A stretch of 62,000 nt of DNA. Origin: Camelus ferus. Lineage: Eukaryota. Made by a program: the position numbers and the translations under genes. Each line of letters opens with the position of its first letter. Within the stretch, counting starts at the first letter, position 1. The DNA is taken from contig NC_045697.1 of assembly GCF_009834535.1 (NCBI RefSeq), forward strand, positions 62,001-124,000, written 5' to 3'. Positions 1 through 12,425 of the stretch are shown here, piece after piece. The notes beneath the pieces are model-generated. The model had not been told where the DNA came from and searched no databases. It worked only from the letters and a program-made list of their open reading frames with translations.

Positions 1-320
1 TTAAGGTGCCCCACCTGTCTCCCCATGGCTCAACAGATCTCTCACTTCTTTTTGTTTCTGAGGAATATTCTGTTGCATGCGTGCAGCCCAATCCACGTGT
101 CCATTCACCTCCTGAAGGACATCTTGGTTGCTTCCAGCTTTCTGGCAGGTATGAAGAAAGCTGCCCTAAATGTCCTGGTGCAGGTTTCTGTGTAGATGTA
201 AGCATTTGACCCATTTGGGTCCATTGATACCAAGGAGTTGGAGGACTGGATCATATGGTAAGGATGCATTTCATCTTGAAAGACCCAGCCTATCTTCACA
301 GAGACCCTGAAGGTGGTCGC
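1..320 (-). mobile_element. Old L1 3'-region fragment
   Basis: Typical L1M 3' text: ccattcacct..ctgaaggacatcttggttgcttccag...ggatcatatggtaag. Confidence 0.7.
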
Positions 321-393
321 TGAGAGCATGTCGGCATCCTGAGGAGTCAAGCCAAGGAAAGAGGTTAATTTCAAAGATGCCAGTAAGAAGGAC

Positions 394-930
394 GTCGCAG
401 AGACAAAACCACCCCTCCACCCTCACAGAGCTGACAGCTCGTCCTGAGAATTAAATGCACATGAGACAGACTCACAGGAGAGAAGCAGACACACTTATTA
501 CCCCTAAGTTTTACATGACCTGGGCCGTCCTGCTAAGGAGGTGAAGGAATACCCAGAGAAGTGGCAAAACCTAAATGCTTTCCTGTTGGGCTGAACAGAG
601 AGAGGGGATTGTGGGAGAGGAACTGCACCACGTGGGGAGGCTGAGGAGGATGAGAATCACGGTCAACAAGGTCCGTGTGTACAGAATTCGCTCTTTCTCA
701 TCTTTCCACCCTGAATGAGAACACTGTCACTCTCCTGCTAGGAGGAGGGAGGACGTCTCCCATGGGGGTGGGGGTGGGGGCGGGGGATGGATGTGTTGTC
801 TCCTGCTGCCAGGAAGACGGAGGGGAAAGCTCCGCACGTCCCTCTTCACCTGTTTTGCGGGAGATGGAGTCGTTTGTTTTCTCTTTGCTGTTTTCTCTGT
901 AAAAGTATCCAAAGCTATAAACAATGCTCA
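394..930 (-). mobile_element. Degenerate solo LTR related to the copies at 38040, 39628 and 40768
   Basis: Shares ctgagaattaaat..acatgag.cagat/c..acaggag with about 39676-39712, plus similar downstream blocks; ends approximate. Confidence 0.6.
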
Positions 931-1950
931 GGCTTCCTTCATCTCTGAGTCCTGTCCCTGGGGTTTGGCCTCGCACAGGAGGTGGGACACGTTCTTCTGA
1001 CATGAAGGGGCTGGGCAGGCAGACAGGGACAGGGTGGGTGAGGGCCCAGGCTTGTTCTTTTCTCATGTGTTGGGAAGATGATTCTGCTCTTGCCAGATGG
1101 GATCCACTTTCTCCATTAATGATCTGGCAAGGTATCAGCTGAAAAGAGGAAGAGCCAAGGTCAGAACAGGGAGAAGCTGGTGATAGATGCTGGGGTCTCC
1201 TGAGCAACGACTGTCGGAGGCACATGCACATCCCTGTCTCTGGGCCACCGCGTTCACGGCCGATTTGGTGTGCAGGTGACTGAATGTACGGTGCTATCAT
1301 TGGCCCACTTTGGGGTGTTGTCTCCAGCTCACCTGAGCGGTGCCAACCTGCCAACTAAGATGGGGCTCATCCAGGGGTGGCATTGTGCCACAGAAGGGAG
1401 AAGCAGAAAGTACTTGAGCTTAAGTGACTTGTAAAAGAGTGACTCTCTGAAGTGGCTGAGGGAGGAGACCAGCTGGGTATCTCTTTGTTTGTTGGAAATT
1501 GGGGCTGGATGTTGTTTATTTGCTGGCTGTGGTAAATAACTCTCCAAGTGGAGGTGTCTGTACAAAGGGTCTAGCAGGATGGGAGAGTGAGGGTCAGTCC
1601 TGGTGCCAAGAAATTCCAAGAATTTGTAGTAGCTCAGACTCAGGCCTTTTCTCAGAAATAGGCAGAGAGGGGAGTTGGCTTTGGTCATCGTAAAGCTAAC
1701 TGGCTCCTCAGCATTCACAACAGAAGGTTCCCAGTATGAACTGATTTGCAGGAGCCAGCGTGTCTGCAGTGCTCAGCCCTCACCCTCAGCCCCCAGGTGG
1801 TGCACCTTTCATAGGAGAGATGTCACAGGGAGACAGAGAGGATGTGGACAGTGTCTCTCTTACATGGGTCATTTCTTCAATAACATGAATTCAAAACAAT
1901 CAATACGTCATTCAGGCATCTTTAGAAATGACCTGCCCTGGGCTCTAACA

Positions 1951-1993
1951 ACACACACACACACACACAATACATATAAATATAAATGTATAA

Positions 1994-2037
<44 letters not shown>

Positions 2038-2134
2038 GACAGAGATAGACAGGAACACAGAGAGGCAGAGGGAGCAAGAAATAGACAAGACAGACAGACA
2101 GACAGACAGACAGACGAGGCACTGAGAGACAGAG
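1951..2134 (+). repeat. Compound microsatellite: (AC)n, (AT)-rich, (AC)n, then (GACA)n/(GA)n
   Basis: Directly visible. Confidence 0.95.
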
Positions 2135-4419
2135 AATGAACACGGGAGCTGGGAATGGGTGGAAGTCACGCACTTTTCGTAAGTCAGTTTACCTGTCGGA
2201 ACCCAGGCACAAGGTCCAACCACCCTGCATGTGTGGGTGTGGGAATCACACAAGGCCAAGTGACCAGGAGGCAAGAACGCAGGGAGCCATGGTGGGGCAG
2301 CCCACCACACAGGCCGAAAAGAGACACTGGCACCTGAGTCTGAACATAACAGGAGGACCTGGAAGGCTGTATGCCAGAGCGGACAGTGTCTGAATTGTAT
2401 TTCATTTCAACCCACCCATGGGGGAGACTGGGAAGCAGGCAGCAAGGAGAGTGACTTTCTCCAGACCCCAGAGCAGAGCCAGGCCTGTGTGGGGTGTGCT
2501 CTGCGCTCCGCCAGCCCTCTGTGGAATCCTTCCTTTGCTGAGTCTGAGCATGAGCTCCCTGTGATGCCAGCCCATGGGTGTTACAGGGGCTGTAGGTGTT
2601 TATAGTCTACAGACCTGATGGCTTCCCTAGGAAGCAGAGGCCAGAATGACCCCCCATGGTGCAGATGGGGGGCTGGGGAGACCCGAGAAGCACGTGGCTT
2701 GTCCAGGGTCACAGCACTTCTGAGGAGGGGGAGCCGGGTCTGAACCTAGCTGTGTCCTCAGAACTGGGGCCCTGGCTGCACCCAGGCCTCCCCAGGGCTG
2801 TGGGGTGCACTGGCTTGGTGTCACTGTGCATGGACATGGTATGGGGTGAGAGGTGAGCAGTCGGGAGCCCAGAGGGGCCCTTGGGGAGATTGGTGTAAGG
2901 AGGAAGCTTGGGTAAGGGGACCCCAGGAAGTGACCTCACTTCCCTGGCAATAGAGCCCAACAGAACCTGGGACATAGGTCACCAGGCACCCACTCTCTAG
3001 AGAAGCCCCCTCCCCAGCTCACTTGGTTGGAGACGCTCAAACAAACATGTTCTGTTGTGTCCCAATATCCTGAGGCCGTGGCCACACTATTTTCTCCTAC
3101 AAGATCCTAAAAAATGACATGATGGCTCAATGCCATGTGATACCCTGGATAATTTTAATGATGAAATAAAATACTGCTTGCAAGAGACAGGTTTAAGAGT
3201 GGGTTTGAGCCTGGTGGGGCAGGCGCTCATACTCTCACACTGTGACCTGGTCCCTTTGTCCTACTAAGTAACTTTGGGAGGGCCCATTCATAGCCACAGT
3301 CTCCCTCTCTCACTGCATCAGGGACCTCCAGCAACTCCAGGCTGACACGTCCAGTCTAGTGGGGAAGGGTCTTTCCTTTCTTGGGTTCCATAAAAAGTCA
3401 CAGCTTTCAATACCTTTGGTCTAGCTTGGGTTATATCTCATCCTTGAACCGATCAGAGCACCAAGAGGATGGAACATAAGACTGGATAGATGTGGGATCA
3501 TACACCCATCTTCAAGGTGAGTGGGACATGGGATCAGCCCTCTGCGACTGTTTGGACCAGATGCAGGTGTAGTTCCTAAAAACTGAGGTGCTGAGAATGG
3601 ATGCTGCATTGAGGAAAGCAGCAGACTCCACCCCGCTGACTGCCCACTGCACAGCTGTGGGATCTGAAGTCCAAGGAAGGAAGGGGTTTGGGTCAGGGGC
3701 TGCAGCCGCCCACCCAGTGTTCTTCCTGTTCTCCCAGGATGGCAAGAAGCTCTTCCACTTGCTCAAAAAGCAACTTTGCTGTCGCTGGTAAACTCAGGAC
3801 TCCTGCCTTGGACACTGCATCTCTGTATCTCAGAGACTGGGCCAGAACAGCCCACGTGCCCTCGCAAGACACATACACCTCATCTGCATCCCTGGGAGGC
3901 GGAAGCCCAGGCATCACATCTGTCCCTTGGCTACACTAATTACCCATCCAAGAAAAAAACATGCTCCTTTTCCAGTCTCTTCTGTCTTCTTTACAAAGAG
4001 CAGAGACCAAATACCAGGGTGTTAAGGAGACTCTTGCTCAGTGAGGCAGTGGGAGTCTGGAGGACTATCCCATACCACAGTACCACCGTTGGCGGCTTTC
4101 CAAAGCCCACAGGGCATGGGCTTGGGATGCACTCAGGTTTCTAAGACCACACAACCTCAGCGTGAAACTGTCCACTGGGAGGCCTAGTTGCTCCTGTATC
4201 TCTGATTCTTAATGAGCATAAATGTCAAAGGTTTGTTCCAACCAGAAGGCCAAAGGATAGCAGGACCACAATCAGTGTTTGGAGGGTTATTACCTCTCTC
4301 AGCAGGCTAAGAGGCTCTGAGGGTGGAGGCACCCTCAACCACAGGGATGTTTGAAAATGAAACATCCAAAGGGGCTGTCTACACTGCCCCAGCTCCTACT
4401 CTAGCCCCAGCCCTAGTGC

Positions 4420-4740
4420 TAGACACCAAGCCCAATCTAATCAACACAAATACACCATTAAAGAACTGGACCAGTATCCCTATAAATATGAATATAACAA
4501 TTCTCCACAAAATAGTAACAGCATGAAACCAACAGCCGATTGAAGGGACTATGCCATCAGCCAGCGTCTCTACACCAGCAATCCCAGATTGTTCAACATA
4601 TTAAAGTCAAGCAATGTAATACACCACAATAACTGTGTGCAGTAAAAACACAAAATCATCAACTGACGCCGAAAAAGCTTTAAACAAAACCCAATGCTAT
4701 TTCATGAAATAAACACTCAAGAAAGCACAAATAGCACTAG
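4420..4740 (+). mobile_element. L1 ORF2 (reverse transcriptase region) remnant
   Basis: ccagtatccct..atgaatata..caaaatagtaaca...gaaaaagctttaaacaaaacccaat...aacactcaa is diagnostic decayed L1 ORF2. Confidence 0.7.
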
Positions 4741-4939
4741 TCAGTCCCCTCTGAGGCAAAGGAGCTGGGCCTTTATACCGCAACCCGTCTTGAGCTCAAG
4801 GTGTTTGGGCAGCGACAACTCCCAGCGCAGCAGATCCCACCAGCCAAGGGCAATCGTTCAGAGAAGACGGTAGCTGTGAGCTGCGGCCCCTGCGTGCCCA
4901 GAAGCCAGGGATGGAGGCACTGGACACTGAAGGGGTCTG

Positions 4940-5720
4940 GATGGAGCCCCAACAATGTCCCGGAGTTCAACGCCGCACAGGGGGCCCTGACCCGGGACGT
5001 CAGCCGGAGTTTCTGGAGGTCACCTGGCGATGCAATGGCCTGACTCGAGGCCCGAGCCACAGACCGCGTCCTCTGCACACACCTGCCCACGACACAAGTG
5101 GCTCTGAGGGCGACGGCACCTGACTCAGCAGGCTCACAGAATGTGTGACAGCTCCTAGCAGGGGGCAAGCACACGGCAGGGCCACAGACACAGACACAGA
5201 CACACGAATACACTGACGCAGCACACGGGACACCTCACTGCCCCCCGGGGCTGGCGGGGCCTCGCGGGCAGGCGCACCGGAAGTACACGAGGAGCCGGGA
5301 GCCCAGGGCCGCCCCGCCCCGGAAGCGCCCGCCCCCTTGTGCGCATTTCCGGCGCGCAGACTGACGGATAGACGACGGGAACCTGTCAGGCCCTCCGGTT
5401 CGCGCTTGCTCAGAGGCTGCTTGCTCGGGGCGGAAGAGGCTGCTTCTGGCGAGACTTGCACGGGGGTCTGGGAACCTGGCTCCCGGCCCGGCGGGTGGGC
5501 GCGATGCGGCTAGGCTCCGGGGCCTTCGCCGCCTGCTGCGTAGTGATCGAGGTGCTGGGGGTCGCCCTCTTCCTTCGGGGATTCTTCCCGGCCCCCATTT
5601 GTTTCTCTTCCAGGACGGAGAACGAAGCAGAGCCCCCAGCGCCCGAACCCTCGTCTGGTACGGACCACTCCCCAGGCATCTCTGCTCCCTGGGCCCCACA
5701 TTTCCCCGGAGGACCCTCCT
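4940..5720. promoter_or_regulatory. CpG-island promoter of PIGG with ETS/GABPA-type sites and GC boxes
   Basis: High CpG density; CCGGAAGT 5277-5284, CCGGAAGC 5319-5326, ATTTCCGG 5345-5352, GCGGAAG 5430-5436; GC boxes (CCCGCCCC) at about 5313 and 5328; no obvious TATA box. Confidence 0.85.
5504..5657 (+). CDS. PIGG: PIGG coding exon 1 (154 nt): start codon and N-terminal signal-anchor, MRLGSGAFAACCVVIEVLGVALFLRGFFP...
   Basis: ATG at 5504 (GCG-ATG-C) in a CpG island; translation matches the recalled PIGG N-terminus; donor G|GTACGG at 5658. Confidence 0.96.
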
Positions 5721-6570
5721 TATGAGCTTTGCCTCTTGGACTTCTTTCCAGGGTTCCCGAGTGGTCTCCTCGTCCATTCTGATCCTCACCCCCAAGAGCC
5801 CCCTTCTTACCGCTCCAGTCTCCTTTTCTGTATCCTACAACTTTTTGGCAAGCCCCACTACCAGCCTACTACTAAGATCCTACTCCTTGGTCACCATAAA
5901 GTAAGCTCTCTACACCCGTGAAAAGCAAGCCTCTCCCCAGCACTCCTCATCCAGTGACACCCCGACCTCCTTCCCTGAGCAGGTGTTTGGGTCACTCACT
6001 GTTCCAGGCACCCTTTTTGCTCAGTAAGACACAACAGATGAGATTCCTGCCGACCTCTCGTGTTTTCTTCTATGATATTCCTCCAAGACCCCGTTTTGCT
6101 CAGTAGTTAAGACCTCCCTGCATAGACCCCCCTTCTTAGCCCTCACCTATCCAGCAGTATATACCAGGTAAAGACACTCAGGTTTTGGACCAGATCCACA
6201 CAATACCAGCTGCTAGCCATGTAAACAGTTTGTAAATGCTCACCCATCCCCTACCTGTAGCACTGTGTTTGGGGTCAGGCGCCCTGGTGTCCCATTCCAG
6301 GACACTCAAGAAGGACACTCCCTTGTCCCAGTACTCCTCACCATGCTAAGGGCAGTTTGCTACTTAATACTGGGGATCTCTGAGCTTCCTTGTTGCCCAC
6401 CCCCTGAACCCAGCGTTGTCTACCAAGAACAGGCCTTTTCCTTTGGGTCAGGATATGTAGATGTGACAGAGTATGTGCTGGAGAAGTAGGCAGAAACTAC
6501 ATTAGAAGGTGTTTGAATGCTACATAAAGTTTAAAATTCAATTTCCTTTTTTTCTTTCAAACACTTTTAG

Positions 6571-6776
6571 GAGCCAGTTCCAACTGGACCAAGCTCCCAC
6601 CACCTCTCTTCAGTAAAATTGTTATTGTGCTGATAGACGGCTTGAGAGATGATTTTGTGTTTGGGTCAAAGGGTGTGAAATTTATGCCCTACACAACTTA
6701 CCTTGTGGAAAAAGGACCATCTCACAGTTTTGTGGCCGAAGCAAAGCCTCCTACAGTTACTATGCCTCGAATCAAG
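6571..6776 (+). CDS. PIGG: PIGG coding exon 2 (206 nt): ...VLIDGLRDDFV...PPTVTMPRIK, with metal-ligand Asp and the catalytic Thr motif
   Basis: Polypyrimidine tract and TTTTAG| acceptor; AAG|GTAAAC donor; phase 1 to 0, consistent with neighbours; alkaline-phosphatase-superfamily motifs. Confidence 0.97.
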
Positions 6777-7379
6777 GTAAACAGTTTGACTTAACATATT
6801 ACAGATCATGGTTTGGCTGTTTCAGAAGTTTAGAGGGACTCCCTGTAGTCTTTTACTTGGAGTCCCAATTTTAACTAAGTGAAAATTAGTTTGGTGCTGT
6901 CAGCCTGGCTGGGGCAATAGAATGCTGAAGAAGCCTCCCATTGGATGGAACTGAGCCCCATGATTTGTGCCCTTTGCCACATAGCCAAAGCTCGTGCTTC
7001 ATGGGAAGCATAAAAAATTTTCAGCCAGATCTTCTAGGCCAACCTGATTCAAGAGATACCATCCTCGTTGCTAACCTGCTATCTTCTTTAATCATCAGTG
7101 GATCAGTTTTAATTCTGGAAGGAACCTCTAGGGTCATCTAGTTCAGTCTCTTTACTTTGTGGATAAGGAAGCAAACTCAGATAAGTCAAATGACTTGTCC
7201 AGAATTGTAGTGTACACAGTGACCAAACCAACATGATCTGGCTTCAACAGATATCTCTGATTCTACTCTATAAACTGTCTTCATGTGTTCAGCCTAGTGG
7301 GTGTGCCTTTGAAGTGCACAGTGATTTACCCAAGAACTGTGGGTAAAGAGAAGAGTAAAGCTTTACTGATTGGCTTTAA

Positions 7380-8200
7380 AACTATTTATTGAGCAACTAC
7401 TGTGTGCTGATATTGCAGTGGATATACAGTTGGGGGAAAATAGTATCTCTGTCTTCATGGAACTTTCAGTCTCTAATAAGAGACACAGCTGTTAAACAAA
7501 TGAATGTGCAGTTACGAAGTGTGATTAATGCCTAATGAAAAAACAGGGTGTGGTGCTCAGTGCTGGGTAGGGGGCTCAGTTTAGATTGGGGTGAAGCAGA
7601 AAAGCCTGTCTAAGGAAATTACATTCCAGCCTAGATCCCAAGGATGAGTAAAGGGGTGGGATCAGAAAAGGACAGAAGAGCTTGAAAGGTTGTGAGTACC
7701 CTGCAAGTCAGTGTGGTGTAGAAGTCTGACCAAGCCTTACTTCTGTGGCTGCTCATGGGACACATTATCATTTGGTGAGGAATCATTTTTTGATTTAAAG
7801 CTTGAGGGCAATGTTGGTAGTTACTCAGTAAACATTTACTGGGTGAGTAAAGCAGCCTGGAATTGAAGGGGTTAATGCCACATATTTCACTGACCTTTTC
7901 TCTTGAGCCTCCCACTCTCTGGCACTTCTGGATGTAGTTTGTCCTTCATTCAGCGATATTTATTGAGCATCCACTGTGTGCCAGGCACTGCTCTAGGTCA
8001 GAGGGTTCAGTGAAGAACAAGACAGCAACTGTCTTATTCTCGTGAAGCTTACTTTCTAACTGAGGGGACAGAAAATGTGTAAGTGTACAAATAAGTAATC
8101 AGAACAGTTTCAGGAAACAACCAATGTGATCGAAGAAATCGAGGAGGAGAATGTGATAGTGATGGGTGGGGTCATCCTCAGTCTGGATGCTCAGGGACAG
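7380..8200 (-). mobile_element. L2 LINE 3' fragments (two pieces) in PIGG intron 2
   Basis: tatttattgagcaactactgtgtg at about 7383 and cattcagcgatatttattgagcatccactgtgtgccaggcactgctctagg at about 7947. Confidence 0.7.
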
Positions 8201-10403
8201 CCTCTCGGGAGCGGTCCTTCTGTAGAAGCAGGTCCTGTGAAAGCTGGAAGAAAGGCACCTGGGCTCCAGACCATCAGAATTGCTGATTTCCTCATCTGTC
8301 CTGTCAGAAGTGTGGAAGGCACCCGTTCCTGCTTCATTCTGATGAGGAGAGTGCTGTTAGGAATCTGGGCAGTTTGGTAAGAAAAAGTATCGTGAGCGTG
8401 CGTGTTCCAGGTTCTGTTCCGTCCTGCACGTGGGCCAGGGTGTTTCCTAGGGCCTCTCTTTTCCAGTTTGTTACCTTTCACCAAACCAGTGTTCTGTTTA
8501 ATTTTGGTATGGGTGCCTTGTAGGTTCTTACTCCTCATTCTCCATCCAGGAGGAGCTGGAATACAGGAAGTCCGTGCTGGAGTTAGGGTCACACAGCTCT
8601 GGAATTTGATAGGATCGGGTGGTGCTGGCCAAGGAGTGTGTGCCCTGCCCTGCCTCTACTCAGGGAAGGGACTTAGTTCACCTGGAGGTGTTGATACAAT
8701 TGTCATGAAACGTCAGTTTTAAAATTTCAAGACTAATGTCTCTGGTAGCACTCTCCCATGTTAGGATTCTGCAGTAGCTTCCTTCTAAAATTTTGTAACT
8801 AATTTTTGAATGTCTTTCCTTTTGGGGGGAATTTATAGTCATAATAAGGAGCAGTGACCGCTGGCTGCAGTGAGCACATAGTGCAGCAGTATCTCATGCA
8901 CTTTCACAGCAGCCCTGTGGGCTGGGCTCCGTGAGGTAGGCACCACTCTCTTCTCCATTTCCCTGATGGGGAATTCTCACATTCTCTTTCAGTGGTCTCT
9001 GTAGAGCCCTCCTTAATTCTCAGAAGGCAGGAAATTACTGTCCCATGGGCCGCAGCGGTCACTGGAAAACCTCCAAGAAGATGACAGACTTGAGCTCTCA
9101 CTTAGACTTCCTAGAACTCTCAGCTGCAACTCAGCTGCTGCCTGCATGTCTCCTGGGGCACAGGGGACACCAGGTAGTCTCTGCCCTTTGAAAATGTCAG
9201 TGTGAACCCAAACCAGTGTGAGGGGCGAAGTGCCTTGTAACAGCCCAGAGGGGAGGACAGGCAGATTCGAATACCTGAAAGCAGAAAACCCTCAGTGGTA
9301 GAAGGCGCTAAAAACAAAGTCAGCTGACAAATGATAAACTGGAAAGATTACAGTAACACAACAAACAAGGGGTTAACCCTGTGGTATGTAAAGAGGACCC
9401 GACCAAAGACAGCAACTCAGTGACAGCTGGACAAAGGGTATAAAGAAGTCCACAGAGGAAAAATTGAAAATGGCCAGTAAACATATGAAGAGATTCTTAA
9501 CTTCACTGGTAATCAGATCAAAGTCAAACTAAGACAATATGTAAGGCCGGTTTTTGTCTATCTCATCGTGCAAATTTACAGACGGTTGATAACCTACGCA
9601 TCACAAGAAATGAGGTGGACAAATGCTCCTCGTACTGTCGATGTGAGTATGACTGGACTGAGCCAGCACACCCACCACTTCCACCCTTGTCCAGTGTACT
9701 GCGGCCTCCAGCTTGGCCTATAAAACTCTCCCAGCACCGTTTCTCGCCCAGAATGTGTCCAAACACAGATCGGGTCACACTGCTCTACTTCTTAAAATCC
9801 TCAGTGGCTTACACGCTGCCTAATCACCTGGGCCTGGGTGCCGTGTGGCCTTGCGCCTGTTTACCTCTTCAGCCTCCCCCTCTTCCTGTGTCTTTAATCC
9901 ACACAGGTCACACATAGCTCCGTCCCTAACGTGTGCTGCCCTCTTTCACCTTGCGGTGTTTGCCGTTTGCTGTGCTTCGCCCTGGGAGGGCCCACCTCAC
10001 CCCACCTCACCCCACCTCGACAACACTTCCCCTTCCACACCTCAGCTCAAATGGCCCTTCAGTTGGAGGCTTTTTAAAAGCAACAGACATTAAAACGGTC
10101 TTGGATAAATACATTATACATCCAACCACGAGTGCTTTGTAGCTACTGAAAACAAAAGATGAAGTACCTGTTATGTTTTCTGTGGAAAGGGGTTCATGAT
10201 ATGTTATTAAGTGAAAAAAGCAAGTTGCAGAATTATTTATATCGTTTGTTACCCTTTTGGTAAAAAAAAGTGTATACTTTGTATATTTATGATTATACAC
10301 ATGCAGAAAAAAGTATGAAAGGATACTCACTCGAAGTAACTGGTTACCTTTAGGGAGTTGAATTTTGGGGTGAAAGGCTCACATTTTTTTAAAAATTACT
10401 TCA

Positions 10404-10510
10404 GAGGAGGGAGGGTAATAATTCAGTGGCAGAGTGCCTTTTTAGCATGCACAAGGTCTTGGGTTCAATCCCCAGTCCTTCCATTTAAAAAAAAAAAGAA
10501 CAAAAAAAAA
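10404..10510 (+). mobile_element. Camelid tRNA-derived SINE (vic-1 type)
   Basis: A-box/B-box text ttcagtggcagagtgc...gcatgcacaaggtcttgggttcaatccccag, poly(A) tail, flanking ACTTCA repeat. Confidence 0.85.
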
Positions 10511-12215
10511 CTTCATTGAGATAGAATTTTTATACAGTCCATACAGTTTGATGAGATTAACAGATGTCCATCCATGCAGCCCGCCTCGAGTCTGGATTCT
10601 GACCTCCGCCCCAGCGGAGATAGCTGTTGCTGTTGCTTCATTGACTTGCTCAGACTAGTTTGAGAGAGTCTGTCTCTGCCAAGGTCCAAGTGTTCAATAA
10701 CTGATGTCTCTGCTTGTTTGGTTTTTCAATTCTTGGTTGTTTTTAAGCCGAGGTCGCCCGGGTCAGCAAGGCTCCGTGGTAAGCAGTGCTTGGTCAGCGG
10801 CTGTGCTTTAACACATTATGCGGCGTGGCTTCCGCCCTTTGCAGGGTTCTGTGTGCCACACACTCCTGCTGAGTCAGTTTATGGTCAGCCCTGCCTCTCA
10901 CTTTTGAGCAGGGCCTTCTGTTCAGCTGGAAGTAACAGGTGACCAGGCCCTCTGTTCTCTCCTGAATGTGCGTGCAGCCCTGTGTGTGCACGCGGCCTTC
11001 CGGGTTCCAGGAATACATGGGAGCTCATGGAAGTCCATCATAGCTGTCCTGTTCCCCAGATCCCTTTTTCAGTTTTTTGCTGGTCTCTTACTACAACCAG
11101 CGTAGAAGCCTCCAGGCACTGTGACGGTGGCCTTCCCTGTGTTCACCTCATCCCTGGCAGGGGACTTTTCCCTGGAGGGCAAGATCGGGGAGGCTCCTCC
11201 TGGCTGTCATGGCTGCCGCATTGCTGGGTGTCAGGGAGAGGAGCAACCCGAGTTAAAACATCACAGGTACGCATAGCTCTTACCGAAATTCTCAAGTTTG
11301 TCTTGAATAAGAACGTTTCAATTTGTGTATATCCTTGCTGAGTTTTCAAAGTCCTGAAATGGTTGTTTTTGGCAGTTTTATCCAGTTTTGTCGTTGTTCT
11401 TAGGGGAGAGGATTTGCTGAGCTCCTCATTCCTGAAGTCCAGGATTAATTTATATTTGTATTAATTTGCTATTAAAGAAGTCTTGGCAAAATTATTACGC
11501 CTGTTGGCATTATCCACACTCCTGTTTATTTTCATCACACAGGCCCCTGAATGCTAGTGTCATGGGTTGTCTGCTAACTGCAGATCACAGAGACATATTT
11601 AGACTGTGGTAAAATGAGGGAAGTTTTGACTTAATTCTGTGACAGAAAGGCGTGAGGACATGTCACACCAACCCTCTTCTCCAAGAAATTAACGGTGCCA
11701 AGTTCGGGGGCGGGGTCCCACCAGCGCCCCTGGGCCATTTTACTGTGAGAATTTCTGAGAGTTCACGTTTGGAGACTGCTTTCCTCCCTGAGTGTGTGAG
11801 AAGCTGTTCTCTCTTGGGGTGGACACTGGAATCACCGGCCTTCAGGGTTAGTGCATGGAGTTTGCTTGTCACATGGAGCAGACCTGACAGTGGGTCTGTG
11901 TTTTTAGTGCACACGCTCAGCCGTCTGCTCCAGCTCCTACCATCCAGAGCTGCTTTTGTGGCCGCCACATCGTCTGGCTGCCCCGCGGCCTCCTCTGTAT
12001 CCTCTTGTCAGCTAAAGTATGGTCACTTCTCCACTGTTGAGTTTTCTGGTTTTGCCCAGTATCTGTAGCTTCTCCCTCTTTGTCCTAACACTGACCCAGC
12101 TTTGGGTCCTGGGGTTGCTCCAGCCCTGTGCTCGCCTCATTCGTGAAACCATCTTTGGCACCTGTTCCCACTCTGCACTTGATTACGGGGTCTGATTCCT
12201 GAATGTCTCCTGCAG

Positions 12216-12425
12216 GCCTTGATGACAGGGAGCCTCCCTGGCTTCATCGATGTCGTCAGGAACCTCAATTCTCCCACACTGCTGGAAGACAGCGTGATCT
12301 CACGGGCAAGAGCAGCTGGGAAAAGAATCGTCTTTTATGGAGATGAAACATGGGTGAAATTATTTCCAAAGCATTTTGTGGAATATGATGGAACAACCTC
12401 ATTTTTTGTATCAGATTATACAGAG
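12216..12425 (+). CDS. PIGG: PIGG coding exon 3 (210 nt): ALMTGSLPGFIDV...FYGDETWVKLFP...SFFVSDYTE
   Basis: CTGCAG| acceptor, GAG|GTCAGT donor; ORF 12219..12437 carries the PIGG/PIGO GD(E/D)TW and SFFVSD motifs. Confidence 0.97.

Noticed and set aside
1675..2310. ORFs rich in HT/CV dipeptides (also 18372-18755 and 46566-47289)
   Set aside because: Translations of (CA/TG)n microsatellites.
6635..6647. DGLR in place of the recalled DALR at the first PIGG metal-ligand motif
   Set aside because: The Asp ligand is retained and DG(L/F)R is common in the alkaline-phosphatase superfamily; no sign of inactivation.
10404..10480. tRNA-like A/B boxes here and at about 40070, 57680 and 58650
   Set aside because: Poly(A) tails, TSDs and several diverged copies identify them as SINEs, not tRNA genes.
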